NCBI GenBank assembly: GCA_947482825.1
Contig: CANKMT010000011.1
Location: 5,050-69,049 of the forward strand
Source: Betaproteobacteria bacterium
Lineage (GTDB): Bacteria > Pseudomonadota > Gammaproteobacteria > Burkholderiales > SG8-39
Length of the DNA: 64,000 bases
Reading direction: 5' to 3'
The notes beneath the pieces were generated by a model that was not told the DNA's origin, made no database searches, and saw only the letters and a program-made list of their open reading frames with translations. A program made the position numbers and the translations under genes. Below are positions 16,781 to 26,561 of this stretch, one piece after another; within the stretch, counting starts at the first letter, position 1, and each line of letters begins with the position of its first letter.

Positions 16781-17700
16781 TTGAGGTTTTTCCTGAGCCT
16801 GTAACGAATGTAGATTGCGAGGCCGTTCATGGCGAGAGTCATCAGCACCAGCACGAATCCCGCCGCAGCCGCATTCACCTGGAAAGCCGCTTCGGGGCGC
16901 GAAGTCCAGTTGAACATCTGGATCGGCATGACCGTGAAGGGGGACGTCAGCCATTCGAAGGAGACATAGGGCGGCTCGGCGCTAAACGGCGCCGGCGGCA
17001 GGAACGCAATGAACGTGAGCGCGCCGATCGTGATGATCGGCGCCGTTTCGCCGATCGCGCGCGACATCCCGATGATCACGCCGGTCAGGATCCCGGCCAT
17101 CGAGTACGGAATGATGTGGTCCTTGCTCACCTGCCACTTGGTGGCCCCAAGCGCGTAGGCGCCTTCGCGGATGCCGATCGGGATCGACCTGATCGACTCC
17201 CTCGTCGCCACGATCACCACCGGCAGGATCAGCAGGGCCAGCGTCAGCCCGGCCGACAGGATCGACTGCCCGAACCCGAACTGGTAGACGAACAGACCCA
17301 GCGCGAGCAACCCGTACACGATCGACGGCACGCCGGCCAGATTGGTGATGTTGATCTCGATGATGTCGGTGACGATGTTCTTGGGCGCGTATTCCTCCAG
17401 GTAAATCCCCGCCCCTACGCCGAGCGGAACGGCGACCACCGCAGTGACCAGCATCACGAGCATCGAACCGACCCAAGCCGACAGGATGCCCGCCTGGCCC
17501 GGCCGGCGAGAGGGAAAATTCGAGAAGAAATCGAGCGACAGTCGCGGTACGCCCTCGAGCGCCATGTTGAGGAACAAGGCTACGAAAGTGAGCACGCCGA
17601 TAATCAACGAGAGCACGCCGACAATGGCGAACACGAGATCCCAGCGCTTGTGCTCGGCGATGCGCTCGCGGATCTGCTCGATAGTCTGGGCGTAGGCCAT
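16774..17700 (-). CDS. pstA: Phosphate ABC transporter permease PstA
   Basis: 308-aa multi-TM permease in pstC-pstA-pstB order. 1-nt overlap with pstC. Confidence 0.92.
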   Translation of the reverse strand: MAYAQTIEQIRERIAEHKRWDLVFAIVGVLSLIIGVLTFVALFLNMALEGVPRLSLDFFSNFPSRRPGQAGILSAWVGSMLVMLVTAVVAVPLGVGAGIYLEEYAPKNIVTDIIEINITNLAGVPSIVYGLLALGLFVYQFGFGQSILSAGLTLALLILPVVIVATRESIRSIPIGIREGAYALGATKWQVSKDHIIPYSMAGILTGVIIGMSRAIGETAPIITIGALTFIAFLPPAPFSAEPPYVSFEWLTSPFTVMPIQMFNWTSRPEAAFQVNAAAAGFVLVLMTLAMNGLAIYIRYRLRKNLKW

Positions 17701-18668
17701 CAGTAGGCTTCCCTGAATTTTTTGCGCAGCATGTGGCCGAGGATGTTGAACACCAGAGTCAGAAGCATCAACGTCAGGCCGGCCGCGAATATGGTTTGAT
17801 AACCGATCGACCCGTGCGGCAGGTCACCGAGCGCGACCTGTACGATATAGGCAGTAATGGTCGCCGCGGGTTCGAGCGGGTTGAAGGTTAAGTTCGGCTG
17901 CATGCCGGCGGCTACCGCAAGGATCATGGTTTCGCCCACCGCGCGGGAAATGCCCAGGATGTAGGCCGAGGCGATCCCCGAGAACGCTGCCGGGACGACG
18001 ACCTTGATGGCCGTCTGGAAACGCGTTGCGCCCATTGCGTACGACCCCTCGCGCAGGTGCATTGGGACCGCGCGCATGGCGTCTTCGGCGATCGAGCTCA
18101 CATACGGGATGATCATGATGCCCATGACGATTCCGGCGGCCAGAAGGCTGAATCCGGGCAGACCGGGAATCAGCGTCTGAAGGATCGGTGACACGAACAG
18201 CAGCGCGAAGTACCCGTAAACGATGGTCGGGATCCCGCCGAGCAGTTCCAGGAACGGCTTGGCAACCTCACGGACCACGAACGGCGCGAATTCGGACAGG
18301 TAAATCGCAATGATGGTGCCGAGGGGAATCGCGATCGCAAGGGCGACCAGCGAACTGGTCAGGGTCCCGGACAGCAGCACCATGATTCCGAAATGCGCGT
18401 CGTCGAACAGCGGCGTCCATTGGGTGTCGGTGAGGAAATCGACGATCGACACGTGCTGAAAAAAGACGACCGATTCCTTGATCAACACGTACATGATGCC
18501 TACGGTCGTCAGCACCGAGACGAGAGCCGCGAGGAACAGGACGCTCTCGATTACCCGCTCTTTGATGTGTCGAGTGAGCCGGCGCTCCAGCCGCTTGCTA
18601 TTGGCTCCGCCGGGAAGTAGGGAAGGCACGCTGGATGCGACTGCGGACATGGGATTCCGGGATTTCAA
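17700..18668 (-). CDS. pstC: Phosphate ABC transporter permease PstC
   Basis: 322-aa multi-TM permease following pstS. Confidence 0.92.
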   Translation of the reverse strand: MKSRNPMSAVASSVPSLLPGGANSKRLERRLTRHIKERVIESVLFLAALVSVLTTVGIMYVLIKESVVFFQHVSIVDFLTDTQWTPLFDDAHFGIMVLLSGTLTSSLVALAIAIPLGTIIAIYLSEFAPFVVREVAKPFLELLGGIPTIVYGYFALLFVSPILQTLIPGLPGFSLLAAGIVMGIMIIPYVSSIAEDAMRAVPMHLREGSYAMGATRFQTAIKVVVPAAFSGIASAYILGISRAVGETMILAVAAGMQPNLTFNPLEPAATITAYIVQVALGDLPHGSIGYQTIFAAGLTLMLLTLVFNILGHMLRKKFREAY

Positions 18669-18725
18669 TTATGGACCAAAATCCCGCCGGCGCTCGCGCC
18701 GGCGGGAATCGAGCGACTTGGGCGT

Positions 18726-19730
18726 CTAGTTCACCAACTTGCGGCTGAACAGCTCGTCCATCTTCACGCCGACGTCGGCGTGCCCGCCGAAGACGGTGCC
18801 CTTCTGCGCGGCCTTGAGCCGGTCGAGGCCCATCTTGTAGTACTTGCTGGGCAGCGGAACGTATTTGACTTCCTTGGAGAGCTTCTCGCCGTGGGCGAGG
18901 TAGTACTCGGCGAATTCCCTGACTTCGGGTTTTGCCATCGCCTTCGTGCTGATGTAGATGAAGATCGGGCGCGCGAGCGGCTGGTACGTGCCATCGAGCA
19001 CCGTTTCGGGCGAAGGCGCCACGGCCGGCTTGCCGGCCTTCTCGATGATCGCCACCGACTTGAGCTTGTCCTTGTTCTCGACGTAGTAGGAGAAGCCGAA
19101 GTAGCCGATCGCGTTCACGTCGCGCGACACACCCTGCACGAGGACGTTGTCGTCTTCCGACGCGGTGAAATCGCCGCGCGAGGATTTCGCCTTGCCGACG
19201 ATGGCCTCGGTGAAGTAGTCGAACGTGCCGGAGTCCGATCCGGCGCCGAAGAGCTTCAGCGGGGCGTTCGGGAAGGCGGGGTTGATCTGGTTCCAGTTGG
19301 TGATCTTGCCCTGCGCTGCCGGCTCCCACATCTTCTTGAGATCGGCCACGGTCATAGTCATGGCGAACGTGTTCTTCGGGTTGATGACCACGGTCAGCGC
19401 ATCGAACGCCACCGGCAACTCGACGAATTCCACGCCGTTCTTCTTGCACTCCTCGATCTCGCCTTTCAGGATCGGGCGCGAGGCGTTCGAGATGTCGATT
19501 TCACCACGGCAGAACTTCTTGAACCCGCCACCGGTGCCAGAGATCCCGACCGTGACCTTGATGGCGTTCTTCTTGGCCTTCTGGAAATCCTCGGCCACGG
19601 CCTCGGTCACCGGAAACACCGTGCTCGAGCCGTCGATCTTGACGAGTGCGCTCTGCGCGAACGCCGCACCCGAGGCGAGGAACGCGCTGGCGATGGCCAA
19701 CGCACCCGCAGAAAACTTCAATGAAATCAT
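18726..19730 (-). CDS. pstS: Phosphate ABC transporter substrate-binding protein PstS
   Basis: Signal peptide, then IDGSSTVFPVTEAVAEDF...ISGTGGGFKKF, which is PstS-family. Confidence 0.9.
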   Translation of the reverse strand: MISLKFSAGALAIASAFLASGAAFAQSALVKIDGSSTVFPVTEAVAEDFQKAKKNAIKVTVGISGTGGGFKKFCRGEIDISNASRPILKGEIEECKKNGVEFVELPVAFDALTVVINPKNTFAMTMTVADLKKMWEPAAQGKITNWNQINPAFPNAPLKLFGAGSDSGTFDYFTEAIVGKAKSSRGDFTASEDDNVLVQGVSRDVNAIGYFGFSYYVENKDKLKSVAIIEKAGKPAVAPSPETVLDGTYQPLARPIFIYISTKAMAKPEVREFAEYYLAHGEKLSKEVKYVPLPSKYYKMGLDRLKAAQKGTVFGGHADVGVKMDELFSRKLVN

Positions 19731-19790
19731 TGTCTTGCTCCTTGTATGGACAGGCGTCTTGTTTCAACCCGCAGAGTCTAAGGAACGATT

Positions 19791-19808
19791 GTTACCGGGT
19801 CATGACAC
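19791..19808 (-). promoter_or_regulatory. Candidate Pho box upstream of pstS
   Basis: Minus strand GTGTCATgaccCGGTAAC: two 7-mers with 11-bp periodicity, about 60 nt upstream of the pstS ATG. Same pattern as the site at 22608-22625. Confidence 0.4.
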
Positions 19809-19846
19809 CGCGCGATCTCGTGCCTCGCGCCGGGTCCTGCGGTGGC

Positions 19847-21085
19847 CTACGCCGTGTGCTCGACCCTGACGACGCGCCGCGCGGGAAAGTGCGCCGTGAA
19901 CCGGCTGCCCTTGCCCGGCTCGCTTTCGATCTCCAGGCGCGCGTCGTGGCGCGCAAGCGCGTGTTTCACGATCGCAAGGCCAAGCCCGGTGCCGCCGGTC
20001 TCGCGCGAGCGGCTGCGATCGACCCGGTAAAATCGTTCGGTGAGGCGCGGGATCTGGTCGGCGGCAATGCCGATGCCGGAATCCTCAACCGTGAACGTCG
20101 CTCCGTCGCCGGTGGCTTTCCACACCAGCCGCACTTCCCCGCCGGAGGGCGTGTAGTTGACGGCATTGCCTGCAAGATTGCCGAAGGCGCTCGTGAGTTC
20201 GGATTCGGCGCCCGCAAGGTCGAAATCCCCTTCGAGCTGAAGCGAGATCCGGTGCCGCCCGGCCGAGATTGCTTCGGCCTGCGCGCGGGTGTGCGCGAGC
20301 AACGGCGCGATGCGCACGCGCTCGTCGCGTTCCGGCGCCGGCGCAGACTCGAGCGCCGAAAGCTCGAGCAGGTCCTCGATGATGCGCTGCATGCGCGAGG
20401 CCTGCCCGGCCATGAGGCCGAGGTACTTGTGCGTGCGCTCGCGATCCAGATCGAGTTCCTGGACGGTTTCGAGGAACCCCGAGAGTACGGTGAGCGGCGT
20501 GCGCAACTCGTGCGAGACGTTGGCTACGAAGTCGCGCCGCATCGTCTCGACCTTTTCCTCCTGCGTCACGTCGCGGCAGAGCAGGAGCTTGCGGTGCTGG
20601 CCATACGGGATCAGCTTCAATGAGAGCGCAAGCGATGGGTTGCGCCCCGGACGCAGGCCGACCGCCTCCGAGAAAACCCCTGCCTCGACGTAGCGCACGA
20701 ACTCCGGATCACGCACCAGGTTGACGATCGGCCCCCCCGCATCCACGCGGCGGTCGATGCCCAGGTAGCTTTCCGCCCGGTCGTTGCACCATTCGACTCG
20801 GTTGCTGCCGTCGAGGATCACGACCCCGTCGGGAAGCGCCCGCCCGGCCTGCGCCGAGCGCACGACCAAGTGCACAAGCCGCCGCTTTTCGCGAGTGTGT
20901 TCCCGCTCGTGCCGATAGAGCAGCGCGAACACCGAGTCCCACGAGCCGCCGGCTTCGGGTACGGGGCTTCGCTGCGGGCGTGCGAGCCATCGGCGAAGCT
21001 TGCCCACGTTGTTGATGTGGTAGCCGAGCCACACCGCGGCCAATACAGCCAGCCCGGCCAGCAACGCGGCAACGGCGGGATTCAA
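19847..21085 (-). CDS. phoR: Phosphate regulon sensor histidine kinase PhoR
   Basis: N-terminal TM, PAS-like region, H-box FVANVSHELRTPL, HATPase N/G boxes. Downstream of phoB. Confidence 0.9.
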   Translation of the reverse strand: MNPAVAALLAGLAVLAAVWLGYHINNVGKLRRWLARPQRSPVPEAGGSWDSVFALLYRHEREHTREKRRLVHLVVRSAQAGRALPDGVVILDGSNRVEWCNDRAESYLGIDRRVDAGGPIVNLVRDPEFVRYVEAGVFSEAVGLRPGRNPSLALSLKLIPYGQHRKLLLCRDVTQEEKVETMRRDFVANVSHELRTPLTVLSGFLETVQELDLDRERTHKYLGLMAGQASRMQRIIEDLLELSALESAPAPERDERVRIAPLLAHTRAQAEAISAGRHRISLQLEGDFDLAGAESELTSAFGNLAGNAVNYTPSGGEVRLVWKATGDGATFTVEDSGIGIAADQIPRLTERFYRVDRSRSRETGGTGLGLAIVKHALARHDARLEIESEPGKGSRFTAHFPARRVVRVEHTA

Positions 21086-21088
21086 TTC

Positions 21089-21775
21089 CTACTCCGGGCG
21101 CAGACCGTACCCGCTGCCGCGCACGGTCTCGATCAGCCGGTCGTGACCGCTTCGCTCCAGGGCGCTGCGAAGGCGACGGATATGCACGTCGACCGTGCGT
21201 TCTTCGATGTGCACGTGATCGCCCCAGACCTGGTCGAGCAGCTGCGCCCGCGAATAGATGCGGTCCGGATGCGTCATGAGGAAGTGAAGGAGGCGGAATT
21301 CAGTCGGGCCGAGTGCCAGGGCCTTGCCGCTTGCGACTACCCTATGCGCACCCGGGTCAAGATGCAGCCCGCCCACAGCCACCGGCTCGTCCGTGCGCTG
21401 CGGGGCGCGCCGCCGGAGCACCGCCTTGATGCGCGCCATCAATTCCTTGGTGGAAAAAGGCTTGGTCAGGTAGTCGTCCGCGCCAGCCTCGAGGGCCGCC
21501 AGCTTGTCCGGCTCCTGCGCGCGCGCGGTAAGCAGGATGATCGGCAACTCGCGAGTGCGTTTTTCGGCCCTCAGGCGCTTGAGGAAGGCGATGCCGGATT
21601 CGCCGGGCAGCATCCAGTCGAGCAGGATCACGTCGGGAAGCGCGCCGCGCAGATGGGCCTCCGCCTCGCTCACGTTGCCGGCGCGCAACGCCGTGTGCCC
21701 GGCATGCTCGAGGTTGACGACAATCAGTTCGACGATCGCCGGCTCGTCCTCGACCACCAGGATGCGGCTCCCCAT
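21089..21775 (-). CDS. phoB: Phosphate regulon response regulator PhoB
   Basis: MGSRILVVEDEPAIVELI receiver domain plus OmpR-type winged helix (RTVDVHIRRLR). Start ATG 21775 lies 4 nt after the phoU stop. Confidence 0.92.
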   Translation of the reverse strand: MGSRILVVEDEPAIVELIVVNLEHAGHTALRAGNVSEAEAHLRGALPDVILLDWMLPGESGIAFLKRLRAEKRTRELPIILLTARAQEPDKLAALEAGADDYLTKPFSTKELMARIKAVLRRRAPQRTDEPVAVGGLHLDPGAHRVVASGKALALGPTEFRLLHFLMTHPDRIYSRAQLLDQVWGDHVHIEERTVDVHIRRLRSALERSGHDRLIETVRGSGYGLRPE

Positions 21776-21779
21776 AGGG

Positions 21780-22505
21780 TCAGCCGGCCTCTTCCGGGTG
21801 CGCTTCGTCGCGCTTGCGCCCCATTCCGAGCCCGGAATGACGCACATCGGTGCCGTCGACTACGTAGATCACGTACTCGGCCATGTTCTTGGCGTGGTCG
21901 CCGATGCGCTCGATGGCCTTGGCGACCCAGATGATCTCAAGCGCGGTCGAGATCGTGCGCGGATCTTCCATCATGTAGGTGATCAACTGGCGCAGGATCG
22001 CGCGGAATTCCTCGTCGATCGCGGCATCCGCGTGCACCGCCTTGGTCGCCGCGGAAGCATCCAGGCGGGCGAACGCATCGAGCGACTGCCGCAGCATGCT
22101 GAGCGCGGTATCGGCCGCGTGCACGATCCGCGGCACGCGTTCGGACGGAATGCGCCCGCTGGCATGGATGGATTTGGCCATGCGCGCGATCTTCTCGGCC
22201 TCGTCGCCGGCGCGCTCGAGATCGGTCACGGTCTTGCTGATCGCCAGGATCATGCGCAGGTCGCCGGCCGCCGGCTGGCGGCGCGCAATCACGTGCGCGC
22301 ATTCCTGGTCGACACTGATTTCGTAGGCGTCGACTTCCTGCTCGCCGCGGATCACGCGCTCGGCAAGCACCGCATCACCAGTGGCAAAGGCGTCCAGCGC
22401 AGAGCGGATCTGCGATTCGACCAGTCCGCCCATGGCGAGCACGAGCGAGCGCAGGCCGTCGAGGTCGATGTCGTACTGTTTGGACAGGTGTTCGTTGGTC
22501 GGCAT
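21780..22505 (-). CDS. phoU: Phosphate signalling accessory protein PhoU
   Basis: 241 aa with the two PhoU repeats (E/DxxxD motifs: ERAGDEAEKIA, ERIGDHAKNMA). Confidence 0.92.
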   Translation of the reverse strand: MPTNEHLSKQYDIDLDGLRSLVLAMGGLVESQIRSALDAFATGDAVLAERVIRGEQEVDAYEISVDQECAHVIARRQPAAGDLRMILAISKTVTDLERAGDEAEKIARMAKSIHASGRIPSERVPRIVHAADTALSMLRQSLDAFARLDASAATKAVHADAAIDEEFRAILRQLITYMMEDPRTISTALEIIWVAKAIERIGDHAKNMAEYVIYVVDGTDVRHSGLGMGRKRDEAHPEEAG

Positions 22506-22607
22506 TGGGTTTCCTTGGCCGAGGCGGCCGATAGGTGTAGTTTACGATTCTTTGCGCACAGCCGCGCAAAGTCGCAGCCGGCAGCCGAAACAGTCTGACG
22601 GACCAAT

Positions 22608-22625
22608 GTTACACAGCGGTGACAC
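22608..22625 (-). promoter_or_regulatory. Candidate Pho box upstream of phoU-phoB-phoR
   Basis: Minus strand GTGTCACcgctGTGTAAC: direct 7-mers at 11-bp spacing, close to the CTGTCAT-N4-CTGTCAT consensus, about 100 nt upstream of the phoU ATG. Confidence 0.45.
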
Positions 22626-22662
22626 TTCGGAGGCGCCCCGGCGCAACGGCTTTCGCGCAGGC

Positions 22663-23619
22663 TCAGTCGGCCTTGAGGCCCAGCTTGCGGATGATGCCGC
22701 CCCAGCGGGCGATGTCGCCGTTGAACACTTCGGCGAAACGCTCGGGCGTCATCGGCTCCGGGTCGAGGCCGAGCGACGCGAACTGTTCCTTGAGCGCGGG
22801 CGCGGCGATCACTTTATTGACCGCAAGGTTCAGCCGCTCCACGATCGGTCGCGGCGTGCCGGCCGGCAGCAAGAAGCCATACCATGGCGCAAATTCGTAC
22901 CCGGGCACGCCCCCTTCCGCGATCGTCGGCAGGTCGGGCATCGCGGGGGTGCGCCTGACGCCGGACGTGGCAAGGGCTTTTAGTTTGCCGCCCTTGATGT
23001 ATCCGATCGCCGCCGGCAGCGTGACGACCATGCACTGGATCTGGCCGGCGACGAGGTCGTTCAGCGCAGGGCCGGCGCCTTTGTATGGGATATGCGCGAG
23101 CCTGATCTGCGCGAGACTCTCCAGCAGTTCGACCGACAGATGGGCGGCGCTGCCGACCCCACCGGAGCCATAGGTGACCACACCGGGATTGCCGCGCGCG
23201 TACGCGAGGAATTCCTGCACGGTCTTCGGCGCGAACGCGTTGGTGGTGACCAGCACGTTCGGCGTCGGGCCGATCATGGCCAGCGGCAGGAGTTCCTTGG
23301 CGGTGTCATAGGACAACTTTGTGTACAGCGTCGCGTTGAAAGCCACCCCCTGGTGCGCAGCGAGGATCAGATAACCGTCGGGCGGCGCCTTGGCCACGAC
23401 TGCGGTCGCGATCGTGCCGCCGGCCCCGCCGCGGTTCTCGACCACGAACTGCTGGCCCAGTTCCTCGGACAGTTTCGCTGCCACGAGCCGTGCGACGATG
23501 TCGGAGGTCCCGCCCGGCGAAAAAGGCACCAGCACCTTGACCGGCTTCGCGGGATACAACTGCGCAATCGCACCGGTGCAGAACATCGCAGCGACTGCCA
23601 AGGCGAGGATGCGCCTCAT
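22663..23619 (-). CDS. Bug/TctC-family periplasmic binding protein
   Basis: MRRILALAVAAMFCTGAIAQLYPAKPVKVLVPFSPGGTSDIVARL...ENRGGAGG. Start ATG 23619 lies 2 nt after the upstream stop. Confidence 0.9.
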   Translation of the reverse strand: MRRILALAVAAMFCTGAIAQLYPAKPVKVLVPFSPGGTSDIVARLVAAKLSEELGQQFVVENRGGAGGTIATAVVAKAPPDGYLILAAHQGVAFNATLYTKLSYDTAKELLPLAMIGPTPNVLVTTNAFAPKTVQEFLAYARGNPGVVTYGSGGVGSAAHLSVELLESLAQIRLAHIPYKGAGPALNDLVAGQIQCMVVTLPAAIGYIKGGKLKALATSGVRRTPAMPDLPTIAEGGVPGYEFAPWYGFLLPAGTPRPIVERLNLAVNKVIAAPALKEQFASLGLDPEPMTPERFAEVFNGDIARWGGIIRKLGLKAD

Positions 23620-23621
23620 GG

Positions 23622-24737
23622 TCAGCCGAACCGGTATCGCTGAAGTTTGGCTTCGTCCAGTTCGACCCCCAGTCCGGGCGCAGTTGCATCGAGCGAGAGC
23701 CGGCCCGAGGAAAGATCGAGCTTCTCGGTGGTGATGTCGTCCGTGGTCTTGAGCGGCCCGACGCATTCGAGGCCGTCCATGATGTTCATCGAGGTCGAGG
23801 CGAACTGGATTTCGGCCATGGTGTTCACCCCAAGGCCGAAGCCGTGGCCGATCACGACGCGAATGCCCGCGGCCTCCGCGGTCGCCGCCATGCGCTGCGT
23901 GCGCAGGAAACCGCCGTTCTTCATGACCTTGAGCTTGACGATGTCGGCTGCGCCGGCGCGGATGACGTCGATGAGCGTGCGGTGGTCGACGATCGCCTCA
24001 TCGGCCATGATCGGAATGCCGCCCGCCTCGCGGCGTACCCGCGCAAGGCCGGCGATGTCCTCCGCGGCCACCGGCTGTTCCATCAGTTGCAGCCCGAAAG
24101 GCGCCATCAGGTGCGCGAGCTTGATCGAGGTCTCGACATCGTAGCCGGCGTTCGCATCGATGCGCAGCGCCATGTCCTTGCCGACCGCCTCGCGCACTGC
24201 CTTGACGCGGTCGCGGTCGGCCTCGATGTTGCCGCCGACCTTGATCTTGGCGGAGCGAAAGCCGCGGTCGAACCAGAGCTTCGCTTCGGCTGCGGCCTCC
24301 TGCGGCGACAGGATGCCGATCCACGCATTGAACAGGAACCGGTCGCGCACCGCACCGCCGAGATAGGTGCTGACCGGAATGCCGCATACACGTGAGGCGA
24401 GGTCAACGCAGGCCATCTCGATGGCCGCTTTGGCGTCGAAAAACCCTTCCATGCACGCATCGAGCTTCGCGAGGATCTCGTGAACGTTGAGTGCGTCCAT
24501 TCCGGTGACGGCGCCGGCCAGTGTATTGCGCAGCGCACCCAGGGAATCCTCGATGCTCTCGATCGAATAGCCGGGCGAGGGATCGATATTGCCGAGGCCC
24601 ACTGCGCCGCTGGCGGAAGTGATCCGCACCACGGCGCTCTTCTGCACCGTCTTGGTGGCATAGGCATTCTTGAAACCGCCGCCAACGAGCGGCACGGCGA
24701 CCCCGAACACCTCGACGCGGGAAATTTTTTCGGTCAT
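23622..24737 (-). CDS. Enolase-superfamily enzyme (MR/MLE family; epimerase/cycloisomerase-like)
   Basis: 371 aa; KIKVG, RIDANAGY, MEQP, IMADE and KLKVMK motifs are typical of MLE/dipeptide-epimerase-type members. Confidence 0.85.
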   Translation of the reverse strand: MTEKISRVEVFGVAVPLVGGGFKNAYATKTVQKSAVVRITSASGAVGLGNIDPSPGYSIESIEDSLGALRNTLAGAVTGMDALNVHEILAKLDACMEGFFDAKAAIEMACVDLASRVCGIPVSTYLGGAVRDRFLFNAWIGILSPQEAAAEAKLWFDRGFRSAKIKVGGNIEADRDRVKAVREAVGKDMALRIDANAGYDVETSIKLAHLMAPFGLQLMEQPVAAEDIAGLARVRREAGGIPIMADEAIVDHRTLIDVIRAGAADIVKLKVMKNGGFLRTQRMAATAEAAGIRVVIGHGFGLGVNTMAEIQFASTSMNIMDGLECVGPLKTTDDITTEKLDLSSGRLSLDATAPGLGVELDEAKLQRYRFG

Positions 24738-24747
24738 GTTTTTCCGC

Positions 24748-25608
24748 TCAGGCGGGGGTTGCAGTGGCCCAGTCGCCCTTGATCTGGGTGCGATGCATCA
24801 GGCGTCGCGCGTTCGGGTCGAAGGCCTCGCGCCGGTGCAGCGTGCAGCGGTTGTCCCACATCATGAGATCGCCCACCCTCCACTCCTGCCGGAACGTGAA
24901 CTCCGGTTGTGTCGCGTGCGCCCAGAGATGGTCGAGCAGCGCCTCGCTCTCGTCGAGCGAATAGCCTGAAACGTAGCTGTTCCTGCGGCGCCCGAGGAAG
25001 AGGCACTTGCGCCCGGTCTCCGGATGCATCTTGACAAGCGCGTGGCGCGCGCCGGGCGCTTCGCGTGGATCGGTCACCTCCTTATAGCCTTTGCGCTTGA
25101 TACCGGCGCTGTTGTAGGTGGCATCGTGCACGGCCGTGCGGCCTTCGATCGCCGCCTTGAGCTGCGTTGGCAGGGATTCATAGGCCATGTACATGTTGGC
25201 CCAGAACGTGTCGCCGCCCTTCGGCGGGATTTCAATCGAGAACAAGAGTCCCGCCTTGGGCGGGTTGTCGATATAGGTCATGTCCGCGTGCCAGATCGCC
25301 TCGCCGTCGCCGAGATTGCCTATGGGCGCGCCGCCTTCCTTGATGTTGGAGATCACATTCATCTCCGGGTGCTGCGGCAGGAAAGGCTTGCCGTAGGGAT
25401 TCGGTCCGGGCGGGTCGAGTTCGCCGAAGCGTTTGCTGAATTCGAGCAATTGCGGGTCGGTGACCGATTGGCCGCGGACGCGCAGGACGAGGTGTTCCAG
25501 CCACGCGGCGCGGATTGCCGCAATCGTCGCGTCGTCGACAGGTGCTGCGACGTCGATCCCGCCGATCTCGGCGCCAAGCGCGGGGGCGAGTTTACTGACC
25601 GTGATCAT
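24748..25608 (-). CDS. TauD/TfdA-family Fe(II)/2-oxoglutarate dioxygenase
   Basis: 286 aa; WHADMTY (HxD facial triad), C-terminal LHRREAFDP...RRLMHRTQI pattern. Confidence 0.88.
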   Translation of the reverse strand: MITVSKLAPALGAEIGGIDVAAPVDDATIAAIRAAWLEHLVLRVRGQSVTDPQLLEFSKRFGELDPPGPNPYGKPFLPQHPEMNVISNIKEGGAPIGNLGDGEAIWHADMTYIDNPPKAGLLFSIEIPPKGGDTFWANMYMAYESLPTQLKAAIEGRTAVHDATYNSAGIKRKGYKEVTDPREAPGARHALVKMHPETGRKCLFLGRRRNSYVSGYSLDESEALLDHLWAHATQPEFTFRQEWRVGDLMMWDNRCTLHRREAFDPNARRLMHRTQIKGDWATATPA

Positions 25609-25751
25609 CTTTCGAGAGCCTGGTTGTGCGGAAAACGATCATAGCACCGGGGTCCGACGCAGCCTGCCGCGGAGGGCGCGTGGATGCCACAACCCGCACA
25701 GTTTCACACTGGGCATTGCCGCAGCCTTGGCAATGCCCCTAACCTGCCCGC

Positions 25752-26537
25752 ATGGAAAGCGCACCCTCAGGCACGTCGAGCCTCGCCGGCAGGATTGCCG
25801 TCGTGTCCGGCGCATCGTCGCCGGGCGGCATCGGCCGCGCGATTGCGCTTCGCTTCGCATCGGAGGGCGCCGCGGTCCTGCTGGTCGCCGAAGGGACCCA
25901 GGAGCAATTGGCCGAGGTCAAGGCCTTGTGCGCCGCGCAGCCGAAAGCCGGCCGGATCGAATCGGCGCAGATCGACCTCGGCACCGATGACGGTCCCGGC
26001 GAGATGATCGCGACCGCCGAACGCCTTTTCGGGCGCGTGGACGTGCTGGTAAACAACGCCGCGGTCCGCGCCACAATGCCCTTCGGAACTTACACGCGGG
26101 ATCAGTTCGACCGCGTGGTCGCAGTGAACCTCGCGGCGCCATTTTTCGCCAGCCAGGCCGTGATCCCCCTGATGCGTCGCCAGGGCGGCGGCCGGATCAT
26201 CCACATCGCGAGCCAGCTCGGCCACGTGACTTACGACGGCCGCGCGTTGTATGGATTGACCAAGGCTGCGCTGATCCACCTCACCAAGTCGATGGCCCAC
26301 GAACTCGCGAAAGACGGGATCCTGGTCAACGCGATCAGCCCGGGACCGATCTCGACGCCCGCGGTCGCCGACCGCCCGGCCGCTGAACTCGAGGCGCGTT
26401 TCGGCCCTTACCTCCCCGGCGGGCGGCTGGGCCGGCCCGAGGAGATTGCCGAAACCGCGCTTTTCCTCGCCACAACGGCGCCGGCGTTCCTGCAGGGCCA
26501 CAGCGTCCTCGTGGATGGCGGATACACCAATCATTGA
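25752..26537 (+). CDS. SDR-family oxidoreductase
   Basis: Gly-rich VSGASSPGGIGRA, NNAA, catalytic YxxxK (YGLTKAA). Confidence 0.9.
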   Translation: MESAPSGTSSLAGRIAVVSGASSPGGIGRAIALRFASEGAAVLLVAEGTQEQLAEVKALCAAQPKAGRIESAQIDLGTDDGPGEMIATAERLFGRVDVLVNNAAVRATMPFGTYTRDQFDRVVAVNLAAPFFASQAVIPLMRRQGGGRIIHIASQLGHVTYDGRALYGLTKAALIHLTKSMAHELAKDGILVNAISPGPISTPAVADRPAAELEARFGPYLPGGRLGRPEEIAETALFLATTAPAFLQGHSVLVDGGYTNH

Positions 26538-26561
26538 TGCCCCTCGAATGAGGAAGAACCC

